From NCBI RefSeq assembly GCF_963921235.1, contig NC_086108.1, forward strand, positions 50,160,001 to 50,220,000: a DNA stretch of 60,000 bases, given 5' to 3'. The stretch comes from Mobula hypostoma (lineage: Eukaryota). A program made the translations under genes and the position numbers. The notes below the pieces were generated by a model. The model had not been told where the DNA came from. It did no database searches and worked only from the letters and a program-made list of their open reading frames with translations. How positions within the stretch are numbered: the stretch's first letter is position 1; every line of letters begins with the position of its first letter. Shown piece after piece: positions 12,481 to 25,730 of this stretch.

Positions 12481-14038
12481 CTGTGAAGACAAAAACAAAG
12501 CAGTTCAAGTATGTTTAGAACAGAATGCAGATAATATGTTTCTATAGATTTAGATTTCTAAGCTTGATGTGAAAGTAAATTTGTGACTATGTAAGGATGT
12601 AATTAGAATTGTTTTCATAATTTAAAAGGTCTACTGCTATATTTTAACAGGAAAAGAGATATTTACAATTGTTCCCTTTTAAAAAGTGAAACTTTGAGCC
12701 TCAATTTAAAATTCTGTTAACTTGAGAAGGTCCATGACAAACATTTAACCAAAAAAAAATCACTGAAAGGAAAAGCATTGATTAGTTAGAAGTACATTGA
12801 ACTCCAGAGAGGAGAAAAATGTAATTTGTAGATTCTCAAAGATAATAGAGTTTTGGGAAGTATTTGTATTGGAATTATTGAAGAGAGTAACTCAGATATA
12901 ATTGATAGTGTATAGTGAATCATTATGGCAAATAAACAAAATATTACTGATGCTCTAGGTATGAAATAAGTTTTAAGATGCGCAGCAGAGAGCATCTGTG
13001 GAAGAAGAAAGAGTGACCTTCATAGATATTACCTTACCTGCTAAACACTTGCAGCATTTCCTTTTATAGGAAATTCTAGTTAAGCTAAGATGATGCAAAA
13101 TGCCAGGGGAGTAATCTTGAGGAAGATTAGTTGTGAACAACAGAGGCTGTTTAGAAATTTGGAAGAGGAAGATTTACTTATCCTGCCATTGTAGGGTAGC
13201 AGTGGCTTACTATCAATGATAGTTTAACTAGATGTAATGTTTGCATTTATTTTTGATTCACCTGTATAGTGCACTGCCACCAAGATTTTGACGTCCAATC
13301 CTGAAAAAAATTTTACCAAAGAGGATATAGAGTTTGAGCAAAATGAAATTCATTCTCTGCTAGTGGGATTGCTGTTTTATGAAATTATATCATAAAGGTC
13401 TCAGGAATGAAAGAATCGTTAATTTTTTTTAATGTGTGCTAGAAGCACCACCTTCATTGATAAAAATGTTATTTTTATTTTTAAAAGAGCTACTGCAATT
13501 TTATGGTTAATACAACGTGTTGATTGGAGTACAGTGCTTTATTTAGGATAAAAAAAATTCAGGCTTTGAAATGAAATAAATCATATTCTCCACAATGATT
13601 TTTAACTGAGCAACATATAGAAAAAAAGACACATTTCAGCTGTTTTCATAGGAGTTGGAATTTACAGCAACATTATGGAAGGATGGAGTAATCTAAGCAG
13701 AAGCAGACTGTGGTGTTAGTGTTGGAGAACAAACAGCAGTCTCAAGGGTTATGAAAAGCAACTACAAACTAGAGGGGAAGATGGTAACATTCATTGCATC
13801 CGGTAAGGGTTGATGGGAAAGAATGTAAGATGCAGGCAATTTGTTAACACATGGAACAGCTGAGGCACATACTCAGTGCCACTCGGTGCAACCATACAGC
13901 TCCCTAAAACTCGCCCAACACCTGGTGTTGCTTTTGTGATTCAATCCACAGAGCCCAGTAACAATGAGATTTGTTTAACCTTTAACTGTTCATTGTGTAA
14001 GAAGTGCCAGTTGTGGACTGAATCCTCAAGCATGCACA

Positions 14039-14565
14039 ATACTGTGCAAATGTGTTAGGTACATATATGTAACCAGGATTTCTAAGGTTTTTGCGCAGTA
14101 CTGTACTTGTCAACGTAGAGCGGAGAGCGAGTCTGTAAATTTGGCGGGAGTAAAGGATGTTGGGAGTGGCGAGGGTGGAGCACTGTGGGAGGGTGGGACA
14201 GGTGGCAGAGAAAGAGCACCAGGGGCAGGGGTGGCGTGGGTGCAGACACACCCAGCCCTGAGAAACCAGGTAAAGTCTTCGATTCCAAGCAATTTGTTTA
14301 TTTATCATTGCAGAATGTCTCTCTGGTGCTTCCTGCTCCCTCCCCTTTCCTTCCCCTTTCCCCAACCATGATTCCCCCCTCCCTGCCCCCTTCCCACAAA
14401 TCCACAATAGAGACCCATATCAGAATCAGGTTTATCATCACTTACATATGTCATGGAATTTGTTTTTTGTAGCAGCAGTATAGAGTAATGCATAAAATTA
14501 CAGTACTTTGCAAAAGTACTAGGCTCCCTAGCTGTATGTGCTTAAAACTTCTGCACAGTACTGTA
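14039..14565. mobile_element. Composite MITE-like repeat with tactgtgcaaa...tgcacagtactgta inverted modules at both ends
   Basis: Two short palindromic modules (14039-14105, 14499-14565) enclosing a GC-rich segment and a atcagaatcaggtttat LINE tail. Confidence 0.5.
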
Positions 14566-15179
14566 CCTGGCACAGCAGCAGGCTATGGCAGGCCTCTGCA
14601 CCAAGTTCCTTGCTTAAGAGCACTGTGAGCAGGGTATCTATTTCTGTATAACAGTTGTGGCCATTTAGCTCTGCTTGATAGCAAAGCATTCAGATACTAA
14701 GGTATTAATCTAAAACACTGCATAGGTCTCAATAATGTTCTAATTAAGGGTTCAATGAAAAGTCACTGATTTAAACATAATCCTCTCCCTTTTCACAGTT
14801 TTTCCAATATGTACACCGTCTCAATTTTTTGGATTTTCAGAATCTGCAAATGCTTTTGCCTTTTTAAGGTTCAATATGTTTCATGTAGCTCAATGGTTTT
14901 TCATCTCAATTACTTTGGAAATGTTTTTTTTTGATGGCCTTTTTAACTATATATTGCCACTTCAATTGACAAATTTCACAACATATGCCAGTGTTATTAA
15001 ATCTGATTCTGATTCAGTTCCCACAGACTGTTAATCCAGTCTGTCGAAGGTCTTGTTATCAAAGTAGTATATGATCTGTTTATTAATGGTGGACTCCCTC
15101 ACCTTTTATTTACATTAAATGTTAAATAAACAATCTGCATTTTTAATTATCTTTTGGATTACACTGATCTATTTGATGT

Positions 15180-16085
15180 CCTTAAGTGGAGGTATGAAGC
15201 AGAGGGTGGTGGTTGAAGGCTGTTTCTCAGAATGGAGGGTAGTGACTAGTGGTGTGCTGTAGGGGTCTTATTTGTTATTTATATAGATAATTTGGCAAAT
15301 GCACAAGGTTTGATTAGTAATTATGTGGATGACACAAAATTTGGAGGTGTTGATTGTGAAGAAGGTTATTGTGGGTTACAAGGGGATCTTGATCAATTAG
15401 GGATGTGGACCAAAAAGTGGCAAATGAACTTCAATGCAGTTGAGTGTGCTGATATATTTTTGGAAGGTTAAACTGCTGTAGGATTATGAAGGGTAGGACA
15501 CTAAAGATTTAATGGAACAGAGGGACCTCGTTGAAAGTGGTGTGACGGTGATGAAAAAAGGAGTTTAGTATAGCCTCCATCATTCACGGCATTGAATTAG
15601 AACATTGTTAAATTTGTATAAGTAGTTGGTGAGGCCATATTTGGAGTTCTGTGTGTAGTTGAGGTCATTTGTCAGAGGAAAGATATGGTTAAACTGGAAA
15701 AAGTGCAGAGAAGGTTTATGAAGATGTTCTCAGGACTAGAGGGCCAGTGTTATAAGGGGAGGTTGGCCAGGCTTGGAATAGAGGAGAAAGAGAGGACACC
15801 TTAGAGAATTTTTTAAAATCATGAGAGGCATAGGTGAGGCATTTGTTAACAGTCTTTTACCCTGGGTAGGGGAGCCCAAAACTAGGGCCATAGGATTAGG
15901 GTGAGAAGGGCAACTTGCAGAGGGTAGTAAGTATGTGGAATGAGTTGCCAGAGATGACTGATACGATAGTGTGATTTAATTAGTACTTGGAGGATATGGG
16001 CCAAGCACAGGCATCTGGCCGGATAGCATGGTCTGGTTGGGCCGAAGGGCTTGGATTCGTGCTCTAGTATTCTCTGATTCTGATT
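15180..16085 (+). mobile_element. Old CR1 LINE 3' fragment
   Basis: Degenerate WRxVTSGV and YVDDTKFGG motifs and CR1 3' end. Confidence 0.78.
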
Positions 16086-16532
16086 TTAAAATTCATCTAA
16101 TTTCACAGAATGGAATGCAAGTGTGAACAGTACAAGTTCCTGTGAAAGGCCACGTCCCATCTTTCACCCACCTCAGTAACTGTCTTCAACCCTGACTGTT
16201 TTGTACTCTACTTGCTATCCACTCTGCTACTTGTCCCCTGATGCCATAGGCTCTGACAATTCATATTTATGGAATGGGTGACTTTGTCAAATCAACGTGT
16301 TTGATCTTACATAGGCAGAATTTTATTTTGGTTTTTGTGAAGTTAAATGGCCAATGTGACTACACACATAACATTTCAGGTGTATGTACTTTAAATATCA
16401 CATGCTGGGTTGATAATACAGTATATATTTACAAATCACTAACAAAACAATTGACCCAAGATTATGAGACAATGCCAACAACATTAACTATTTCATATTA
16501 AGTGATTGGCAGTGACGTTATATAATTCTCAC

Positions 16533-16617
16533 CTTGTGCTAAGACTTGGATGACATCCCCTTCTTGAAAGCTCAGATCAACAGGCGATGAGACCTTATAA
16601 TCATACAATGCTACCAC
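16533..16617 (-). CDS. NCF2: NCF2 exon (C-terminal SH3 first part; VVALYDYKVSSPVDLSFQEGDVIQVLAQ)
   Basis: 85 nt, tag/gtgaga; ALYDY...DLSF SH3 signature. Confidence 0.92.
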
Positions 16618-16692
16618 CTATCATGGAAAAACAAATTAATATCAAATTAATAAATAAGTTGCACAATTCCAAGGTAATCCAATGGGTAACCA

Positions 16693-17247
16693 ATGAGACC
16701 CTCCATTTGTTGAGGTCAGCCGTGGATATTGTGTCCTAGTTACCTATGTGATATGCAAGTCAGGGCTGTACAATATGGTGAGCAAGCTCCCCCTCTCCAC
16801 ACAGCTGATGAATCCAAAGGACCAACAGAGACCGATACAGTTTGGCACCAGCAGTGTCGCAGGAGCTGCCGGTCAGCATTGAACTCAACATAAGACTGCC
16901 TTAGAGATTCCAGCTCTGGATTTTTTCCTGAAGCCTTCCCCATGAGTGGGTATAGCCACAAGGCAGCGGAGGTTTGAGATCACAGTTACCCTTCTCCTGG
17001 ATGAGCTGCCACTCATGGCTGACAAGCCCATCTGCCTGAACTGACTGGTTATAGGATGCCAGTAACCCACCTTTGCCCCTTCCCCTGTCAGCAACTGTTC
17101 CACTGGGCTTGGTAGCTAAGCCACACATGAAGGCCAGGAGCTTGACTTGGTTGTCAAAAGCTATTTCAGGCTATTCCACTGGGGGCATTTAATAGGTAGT
17201 GGGAGCTTCTCCCCACTACCTCTCCCAGCTGTGATAACTTTAAGGGA
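16693..17247 (-). mobile_element. Non-autonomous retroposon (probably RTE-related)
   Basis: 14-bp TSD ccaatgggtaacca (16679-16692, 17248-17261); no ORF; family and strand inferred. Confidence 0.6.
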
Positions 17248-18145
17248 CCAATGGGTAACCAGTACTCTCATATCATGGTCAATCTAAAGCACCATAAAAT
17301 AACAAAGTGATTCCTTAATTGTGTACTCTAATTTACTTTCTAACTCTTCATGGAGTTCCGTGGTAATTCACCTACTTGCAGTTTTCCCACAATTTACACA
17401 GGAAACTGCACCAGGTTTAATGACTTTCCTCACTTGAATAGGAAATAGTGACTGGGAGGAAGATCAGCTAATTAATTAATTTACAGCTATGTATTTAAAT
17501 ATTAATTATTTAAGAGTTTGTATAGTTTTTTTTATACACAAAGACCTAGGTTTGAGAGCCAAGAGTGTGGTTTGGCCTGTTGTCAAAGCACATCTTATAA
17601 TTTACTTTCTGAATTCCAGTATGATCTGAGGCAATCTTGTGCAGATAGTACTTATCAAGGAGGACAAGTCCAATGGAAAGGGAGCAGCAAGAACAAACAG
17701 CTTCCCACTCCCCAGGAGTTCTGCCTCATTATTTTAATCCCAAGCATCCATGAATAAAAACCAACACCAAGAAATGGTTATTGTATGTTAATGATAATAC
17801 CAAAATTTCCAATCATGCAAGAAAAACAAACTTTGCCTTATTAACTTCAGGTTCCTCTGCACTGCCTCTGTTTGCAGTTTCCTCCAGCCCCACAAGATTC
17901 AGATACCATCTTTCCTCTAATTCTGGATTCTTGTACATCCCCAATCATCATTACTTATTAACAACTATGTGGCTCATTATCAAATTGTTTTCTTACACTT
18001 CTTGCAAAATTTAAGTAAGTTGCTCTTTTCTGCAAGGGAGAAGCCAAGTAGCTAGATAAACGGATAATGTAATAACTATCCTCACTCTTCAATTGCTCTG
18101 ACTGTTGGTGGCTGAAGCAGACTAAAATAGGTTTCAGTGACTGAA

Positions 18146-18228
18146 GCAACACACATAAAATTTGCTGGTGAACGCAGCAGGTCAGGCAGCATCTCTAGGA
18201 AGAGGTACAGTCAACAGATTTCCTCGTG
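18146..18228. mobile_element. Micro Penelope-like insertion, mostly inverted segment
   Basis: 13-bp TSD ttcagtgactgaa (18133-18145, 18229-18241); same inverted arm as 498-568. Confidence 0.75.
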
Positions 18229-19341
18229 TTCAGTGACTGAAACTTATTTCATCTGATGCTCTATCAAATGTACTATCCTCACTGAGACTCCTTGAAGTTA
18301 TTTGCAAAGTTTTAATTACTAATCAGACATGCCAATTTGACCTTGTTTAACCTTTTTTCTTTAAATACTGACTCATGCTGTCCAACAGAATTTTACCAAT
18401 AAATGTCCTTTACCCATGTCAGACTTGTCCGTAATTACTCAGTTCAGCCAATGTTTTTTTAAAGCAGTACAGTATCAATATTAACTACCATGCAGTTCTC
18501 CAGCAAAAAATTTAAAGAAAAGAAACTGATAACACGGGCTCAGAATATTTCCTCCCATCATTCTTATATCCAACCTAGTGAATTACTTTCATTTAGGATG
18601 CTGGGCCCTTTAAGATTTCCTCCCTCTCCCCATTCCCATCCCCAAGCGCTTGCTCTTGCTCTCACGCTCTCCCCCCTTTCACGTTTATCGTTCCAGTACT
18701 TCACACCCTTTCTTAATTTCATTCCGTTATTTCTGTTTTGTAAAGCCAATTGAAAAGTACTCCTTCAAAGTTTACATGACTACTGTTCTGATCCCCAATT
18801 GGATCCACTCTTTCCCTTCACACTTTTATAGAAATCGTTGTATTTTCCTTGATTTTACTTGCCACTATATTTTCATATGCACTCTTAACATTAATTTCTC
18901 TTCTGATTTCAGCCCCTGTCCCTTCAAGCTCTTTGCCAGGTTGAGCTTTCATTATCTGTTGATAAGCTAACACATTTTGTTTTAATCTTTGTTCTCCACT
19001 ATCTAGCCATTGTTGAAATTGGAAACTTCTACATTTTTCTTAGGAAGTAAACATTTGTTCTGAGCCTTCATTATCTTCTTGAATTCCAAAAAAATATTCA
19101 CCTTATTATTTTCTAACTCTAATGTGTCAAGTAAACTTTGCTCCGGATAATACCAGTATCTCCCCATGAAGTCCCATATTTTGCAAATGCTTAACACCGC
19201 TTAACCTGCAGGTCTCGCAAACCTGCAAAAGAATCCCTGCAAAAATTTTCCCACTTTGAGCCGCAGCATAGAACATTATAATGTTACACTTAGAGCTTTA
19301 AGCACGTGGAAAAGCGTGATGTTCACAGTAAGAATAAATAC

Positions 19342-19456
19342 CTCCAGAAACTTGCACCAAATGACCAAACGGTGATTTCTGACTTCACTCCACACTTCCT
19401 TCATCTTGTTTTCACTGGTAATGGGAATAAGCTCACCCTCCGCTTGTGATTTGTAA
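19342..19456 (-). CDS. NCF2: NCF2 exon (PB1 second half; YKSQAEGELIPITSENKMKEVWSEVRNHRLVIWCKFLE)
   Basis: 115 nt, tag/gtattt; aligns with human [33 protein letters not shown]. Confidence 0.92.
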
Positions 19457-19999
19457 CTAGTAAGAAGAACCAAAGGTGAAAAGCACATCGCTATTTACTT
19501 AAATTTGGTAAATTAAACACTTCAGGCAAATAGTTTGTATTTTTAGTTATCTTTGCCCCAATTTCCATGACTTCAAAAGGACATTAAGCATGTCTCTGCT
19601 CAGCCATAAAGATGTATACGAGCCTAACTATAGTGAAATTGCCAACGCCTTCACAGATTTTATGCTAACATTTAGTCTTAAGTTACTATGCAATTATATC
19701 TCTGACACTACTGGTTTGGAGAAGTTCAAATTTAATTGTCATTCAACCATACAATAACCATTAATACAACCAAACAAAACAGCAAGGTGCAAAAAACACC
19801 AACAGTCATACACAGCAAAAGGCACATATAGCACTTATAAGATAGCATGCACATATATACAGACATCCCACCTCTCCCGGAAGTTCCAAGAGTCTCCCTG
19901 ACGCCTGGAAGATATATACAATATCCCAGTAATAGATTTTTTTTGAGAAAGAGAGGGGGAGGGAGTACGAGCATCCTGATTGGTCTCTCTTCTTGCTAA

Positions 20000-22900
20000 G
20001 AGTGGTCCCCATCCACCGGGCCGCGAGGAAACAATATGAATCAGCTGCACCTTTCCTCATTCCCTATCACACACTGTTGAGCTTGAATGCACGCGAGGTC
20101 ATTACCCATGCGTCATCCATGTCAGCAGGGGAAGATCAACTCCTCAAGCTTGCAGATAATGGCGGGCTGAAAAGTATGTTTGACGTAACATCTCTGCCGG
20201 CATTTTGGATCAGAGTCAAGGCTAAATATCCTGAGATAGCCACGAAAGCACTAAAAACATTGCTTCTATTTCCAACATCATATCTCTGCAATGAATGCAA
20301 CGAAAACTAAATTGCAGAATAGACTGCAAACTATTTGCCTGAAGCTAGGCGTGAGGAGGTTAGTTCACAACAGGGGGGTGGGAACCAGTGCAGAGAGACA
20401 GAGGGGTGTAAAGTGAGGGTAGAAGCAAAAAGTACTAAGGAGAAAAGTAAAAGTGGCAGGCCGACAAATCCAGGGCAAGCATTAAAAAGGGCCACTTTTC
20501 AACGTAATTGTATAAGGGCGAAGAGAGTTGTAAAAGAGCGCCTGAAGGCTTTGTGAGTCAATGCAAGGAGCATTCGTAATAAGGTGGATGAATTGAAAGT
20601 GCAGATTGTTATTAATGATTATGATATAATTGGGATCACAGAGACATGGCTCCAAGGTGACCAAGGATGGGAGCTCAATGTTCAGGGATATTCAATATTC
20701 AGGAGGGATAGACATGAAGGAAGGGGAGGGGGGGTGGCGTTGCTGGTTAAAGAAGAGATTAATGCAATAGAAAGGAAGGACCTAAGCCGGGAAGATGTGG
20801 AATCGATATGGGTAGAGCTGTGTAACACTAAGGGGCAGAAGACGCTGGTGGGAGTTGTGTACAGGCCACCTAACAGTAGTAGTGAGGTCGGAGATGGTAT
20901 TAAACAGAAAATTAGAAATGTGTGCAATAAAGGAACAGCAGTTATAATGGGTGACTTCAATCTACATGTAGATTGGGTGAACCAAATTGGTAAAGGTGCT
21001 GAGGAAGAGGATTTCTTGGAATGTATGCGGGATGGTTTTTTGAACAAACATGTCGAGGAACCAACTAGAGAGCAGGCTATTCTGGACTGGGTTTTGAGCA
21101 ATGAGGAAGGGTTAACTAGCAATCTTGTCGTGAGAGGCCCCTTGGGTAAGAGTGATCATAATATGGTGGAATTCTTCATTAAGATGGAGAGTGACATAGT
21201 TAATTCAGAAACAAAGGTGCTGAACTTAAAGAGGGGTAACTTTGAAGGTATGAGACGTGAATTAGCTAAGATAGACTGGCAAATGACACTTAAAAGATTG
21301 ACGGTGGATATGCAATGGCAAGCATTTAAAGGTTGCATGGATGAACTACAACAATTGTTCATCCCAGTTTGGCAAAAGAATAAATCAAGGAAGGTAGTGC
21401 ACCCGTGGCTGACAAGAGAAATTAGGGATAGTATCAATTCCAAAGAAGAAGCATACAAATTAGCCAAAGAAAGTGGCTCACCTGAGGACTGGGAGAAATT
21501 CAGAGTTCAGCAGAGGAGGACAAAGGGCTTAATTAGGAAGGGGAAAAAGGATTATGAGAGAAAACTGGCAGGGAACATAAAAACTAACTGTAAAAGCTTT
21601 TATAGATATGTAAAAAGGAAAAGACTGGTAAAGACAAATGTAGGTCCCCTACAGACAGAAACAGGTGAATTGATTATGGGGAGCAAGGACATGGCAGACC
21701 AATTGAATAATTATTTTGGTTCTGTCTTCACTAAGGAGGACATAAATAATCTTCCAGAAATAGTAGGGCACAGAGGGTCCAGTGAGATGGAGGAACTGAG
21801 CGAAATACATGTTAGTAGGGAAGTAGTGTTAGGTAAATTGAAGGGATTGAAGGCAGATAAATCCTCAGGGCCAGATGGTCTGCATCCTAGAGTGCTTAAG
21901 GAAGTAGCCCAAGAAATAGTGGATGCATTAGTGATAATTTTTCAAAACTCGTTAGATTCTGGACTAGTTCCTGAGGATTGGAGGGTGGTTAATGTAACCC
22001 CACTTTTTAAAAAAGGAGGGAGAGAGAAACCAGGAAATTATAGACCAGTTAGCCTAACGTTGGTGGTGGGGAAACTGCTGGAGTCAGTTATCAAAGATGT
22101 GATAACAGCACATTTGGAAAGCGGTGAAATCATCGGACAAAGTCAGCATGGATTTGTGAAAGGAAAATCATGTCTGACGAATCTCATAGAATTTTTTGAG
22201 GATGTAACTAGTAGAGTGGATAGGGGAGAACCAGTGGATGTGGTATATTTGGATTTTCAAAAGGCTTTTGACAAGGTCCCACACAGGAGATTAGTGTGCA
22301 AACTTAAAGCACACGGTATTGGGGGTAAGGTATTGATGTGGATGGAGAATTGGTTAGCAGACAGGAAGCAAAGAGTGGGAATAAACGGGACCTTTTCAGA
22401 ATGGCAGGCGGTGACTAGTGGGGTACCGCAAGGCTCAGTGCTGGGACCCCAGTTGTTTACAATATATATTAATGACTTGGATGAGGGAATTAAATGCAGC
22501 ATCTCCAAGTTTGTGGATGACACGAAGCTGGGTGGCAGTGTTAGCTGTGAGGAGGATGCTAAGAGGATGCAGAGTGCCTTGGATAGGTTGGGTGAGTGGG
22601 AAAATTCATGGCAGATGCAATTTAATGTGGATAAATGTGAAGTTATCCACTTTGGTGGCAAAAATAGGAAAACAGATTATTATCTGAATGGTGGCCGATT
22701 AGGAAAAGGGGAGGTGCAACGAGACCTGGGTGTCATTATACACCAGTCATTGAAAGTGGGCATGCAGGTACAGCAGGCGGTGAAAAAGGCGAATGGTATG
22801 CTGGCATTTATAGCGAGAGGATTCGATTACAGGAGCAGGGAGGTACTACCACACCTGGAGTATTGTGTGCAGTTTTGGTCCCCTAATCTGAGGAAAGACA

Positions 22901-23725
22901 TCCTTGCCATAGAGGGAGTACAAAGAAGGTTCACCAGATTGATTCCTGGGATGGCAGGACTTTAATATGAAGAAAGACTGGATGAACTGGGCTTGTACTC
23001 GTTGGAATTTAGAAGATTGAGGGGGGATCTGATTGAAATATATAAAATCCTAAAGGGATTGGACAGGCTAGATGCAGGAAGATTGTTCCCGATGTTGGGG
23101 AAGTCCAGAACAAGGGGTCACAGTTTGAGGATAAAGGGGAAGCCTTTTAGGACCGAGATTAGGAAAAACTTCTTCACACAGAGAGTGGTGAATCTGTGGA
23201 ATTCTCTGCCACAGGAAACAGTTGAGGCCAGTTCATTGGCTATATTTAAGAGGGAGTTAGATATGGCCCTTGTGGCTACGGGGATCAGCGGGTATGGAGG
23301 GAAGGCTGGGGCGGGGTTCTGAGTTGGATGATCAGCCATGATCATAATAAATGGCGGTGCAGGCTCGAAGGGCTGAATGGTCTACTCCTGCACCTATTTT
23401 CTATGTTTCTATAAGGAACCCCCTTCCAGTATCGCTGTCTCCCATCACCCTTCGATAGCACCGTCTTGTTGCAGGAAAACAAGCCTGGGGCTCCCACTGA
23501 TTCAGTGATATTGGTGTGTTGCAATGATTTTATATGTTCATACGGGGAAAATATGTGCTGTGTGTTCAATATCCAAACGTTACTTAAAATGTTATGATGC
23601 TATTGACTTATCACCTATATTCCGGTCGTGATTAACACCCCCCCCACCCCCCCAGGTCGGCTGGTCCACAAGAATGTTGCAAATATTAAACTGGTCTGCG
23701 GTGCAAAAAATGTTGGGGACCCCTG
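20000..23725 (+). mobile_element. hAT (Charlie/Buster-like) deletion derivative split by CR1
   Basis: TIR-like gagtggtccccatcc / tgttggggacccctg; hAT dimerisation-domain remnant FWIRVKAKYPEIATKALKTLLLFPTSYLC; sequence continues after 23413. No clean 8-bp TSD seen. Confidence 0.78.
20327..23413 (+). mobile_element. Young CR1 LINE, near-complete ORF2 (APE endonuclease plus RT), 5'-truncated
   Basis: 793-aa ORF 20584-22965 with ITETW, MGDFN, SDH and RT motifs (KFVDD); small in-frame deletion near 22848, premature TAA at 22963-22965; ttctatgtttctat tail. Confidence 0.96.
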
Positions 23726-25179
23726 CTAGGTAGACCTATCAGTTTTCTCCGTGGGCGGGCTTTACAGTCGACCTCAAAAATAATGACAGTGTTGCTTGCT
23801 GCACTGTTTGCAACAGTGACTTTTCTATTGCCCATGGTGGGTTAAAATGTAAAAGACATGTTATAGGTGAGTTTAACAGGTGTCATTACAGCGTAGCTAA
23901 CGTTATTTAAACTAGCTGGTTAGCTGCTAAGGAGCTACGCTATTGCTGTCCCACGTGATGAGGCCAAACTCGCTGTAGACTTGCTTAAAGTTGTAATAGA
24001 GTAAACACGATAATATAATACAAGTACATATTTTAATGTCACATTTTCTGCATACACACAACTTGGTTTACAGATTAGACAAAATCACTAAACAAAGTAT
24101 TACATACACCCTTAGAGGTCGACGGGGGTGCTACCTCCCTGAAATAGTGGTGATACCTCCCTGAAATGAGTTTTTGCAAGGTGGGATGTCTGTATATAAT
24201 CAGTAAAATACAGTCACACAAAAAAAATACAGTCCAAGACCCAGAGTCCATGAATGTTGCAGCCGAACAAGTGAATCGGACTTGCAGCATTCCATATTAA
24301 CAATATCCAACAGGGTCCTGAGATCACAAGGAAAGTGACTAAGACGATCACTCTCTGTTAGACTGTACACCACCTTCATGCACCAACTCCTCAGACAACT
24401 CCAGCAGCACAATCTGCACCGTCCAGTTTCTCTGCCAGTGAGCAATTTGCTGATAGATAGACTTGCTTTAAGTTCTTAACGTCCAGCAGAGTCTTACAAT
24501 CATTACAAAATTTGTTTAAAAAACAATACCACTTTTGGTTGGCCCTGCAGAAGCCACTGCAACCAAGTGTGCCTCCTTCTTACTAGAGTGACCTTACATT
24601 CAACCATCTCACGTTTACCCTTCAAATAACTTGCTTTAATAGCAATTAGTGAGCACATCATCCTTTTTGAGTTATTTTATGATATGGGTGGAACTGGCAA
24701 GGCTGCATTTATTGCCTTTTTTAATTACCCTTGAGTTGTTGATGGAGGTGGGCAGCCTTGAACTACTGCAGTCTTACTGATGAAGGTACTTAATGTTACT
24801 GGGGAGAAATTAACACAATTTAGAAACAGTGCCAATAAACTGACACACTAATGTGACTTGGTCCAGACTGTATTTAATGTGGGTTTGCTGCTTCTGGTCA
24901 AAACCCAGTGTACCATCTACCCTCGTCCCCTTGCTGTTACAGATCACAGACTTGGGAGGAGTTGACAGAGTTTCCTAAGACTACTGGATTTAATTCACGT
25001 GTGCTGTTGCTGAGGGGAAATAATGTATTAGGTGGCTGATGGGGCACCACTGTGCCTAGGGCAGTGGAAAGTGCTCATTCCATCAGATGTCTACCTCGTG
25101 ATCTGTAGGTGGTAGAAAGATATGTGTACCTCTGTAGGCTATCTAATACTATTGGGAATATTTGATAAGTTTCACCTAC

Positions 25180-25331
25180 CTCAGCTCAATGATCTTTTCA
25201 TACCTATTGAACTTCCGACCGATGACAGCCAACAGCTCACTGAGCAACAACCCTGGTTTTGCACGTATCGCCACCGTATAGTTGAAGTGTATTTTGACTA
25301 TACATGTTTTGGGCATGGGGTGATTCTTGCG
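25180..25331 (-). CDS. NCF2: NCF2 exon (PB1 first half; RKNHPMPKTCIVKIHFNYTVAIRAKPGL...IELS)
   Basis: 152 nt, tag/gtaggt; VKIHFNYTV matches human LKVHYKYTV including the conserved PB1 lysine. Confidence 0.92.
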
Positions 25332-25730
25332 CTATTCCATGAGGAAGAAAAGAATTTCAGATTATTGTAATTTTATATTACACAGCTCAGATTGGCTTGT
25401 GAAGAAAAATTAAGGTTAGTAACCAACACCCACACTATTTGAAATAATCACATTTCTTAACTTAGTGGTAAGCAATGAGGTAATGGTTAAAAGCAAGTTT
25501 ATACAATAGGCCCCAGTTCCACTCTATTGAATCTTTGTATGAGTTTGAATATTTGTGTCTGCTGGATAATATTCCAAGGTGCCAGGAGAAATATGATGAA
25601 ACATCTATACTAAAATGCTCTCACCCATTATTAGGCAAGTGAGGATTTAGAGGACAGTACCTGGAGAGCACAATAAAAAGGCCAAGTTTACAACATGACA
25701 CCAGGAAGGACAGAAGGCAAATGGGAATTA

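Larger units (their letters stand above)
19860..24192. mobile_element. Unclassified TA-flanked DNA transposon (TIR CAGACATCCCACC) hosting nested hAT and CR1
   Basis: cagacatcccacc at 19860 and ggtgggatgtctg ending at 24192, both abutting tata. Confidence 0.7.

Noticed and set aside
18490..19200. Cluster of overlapping ORFs, considered as the missing NCF2 linker exon or a viral remnant
   Set aside because: 18770-19000 reads as a decayed minus-strand CR1 ORF2 piece (ASKIKEN...FYK); no good splice sites.
20682..22661. Antisense ORFs inside the CR1 elements (also 40253-42529)
   Set aside because: Shadow frames of LINE ORF2, repeated only because the elements are near-identical.
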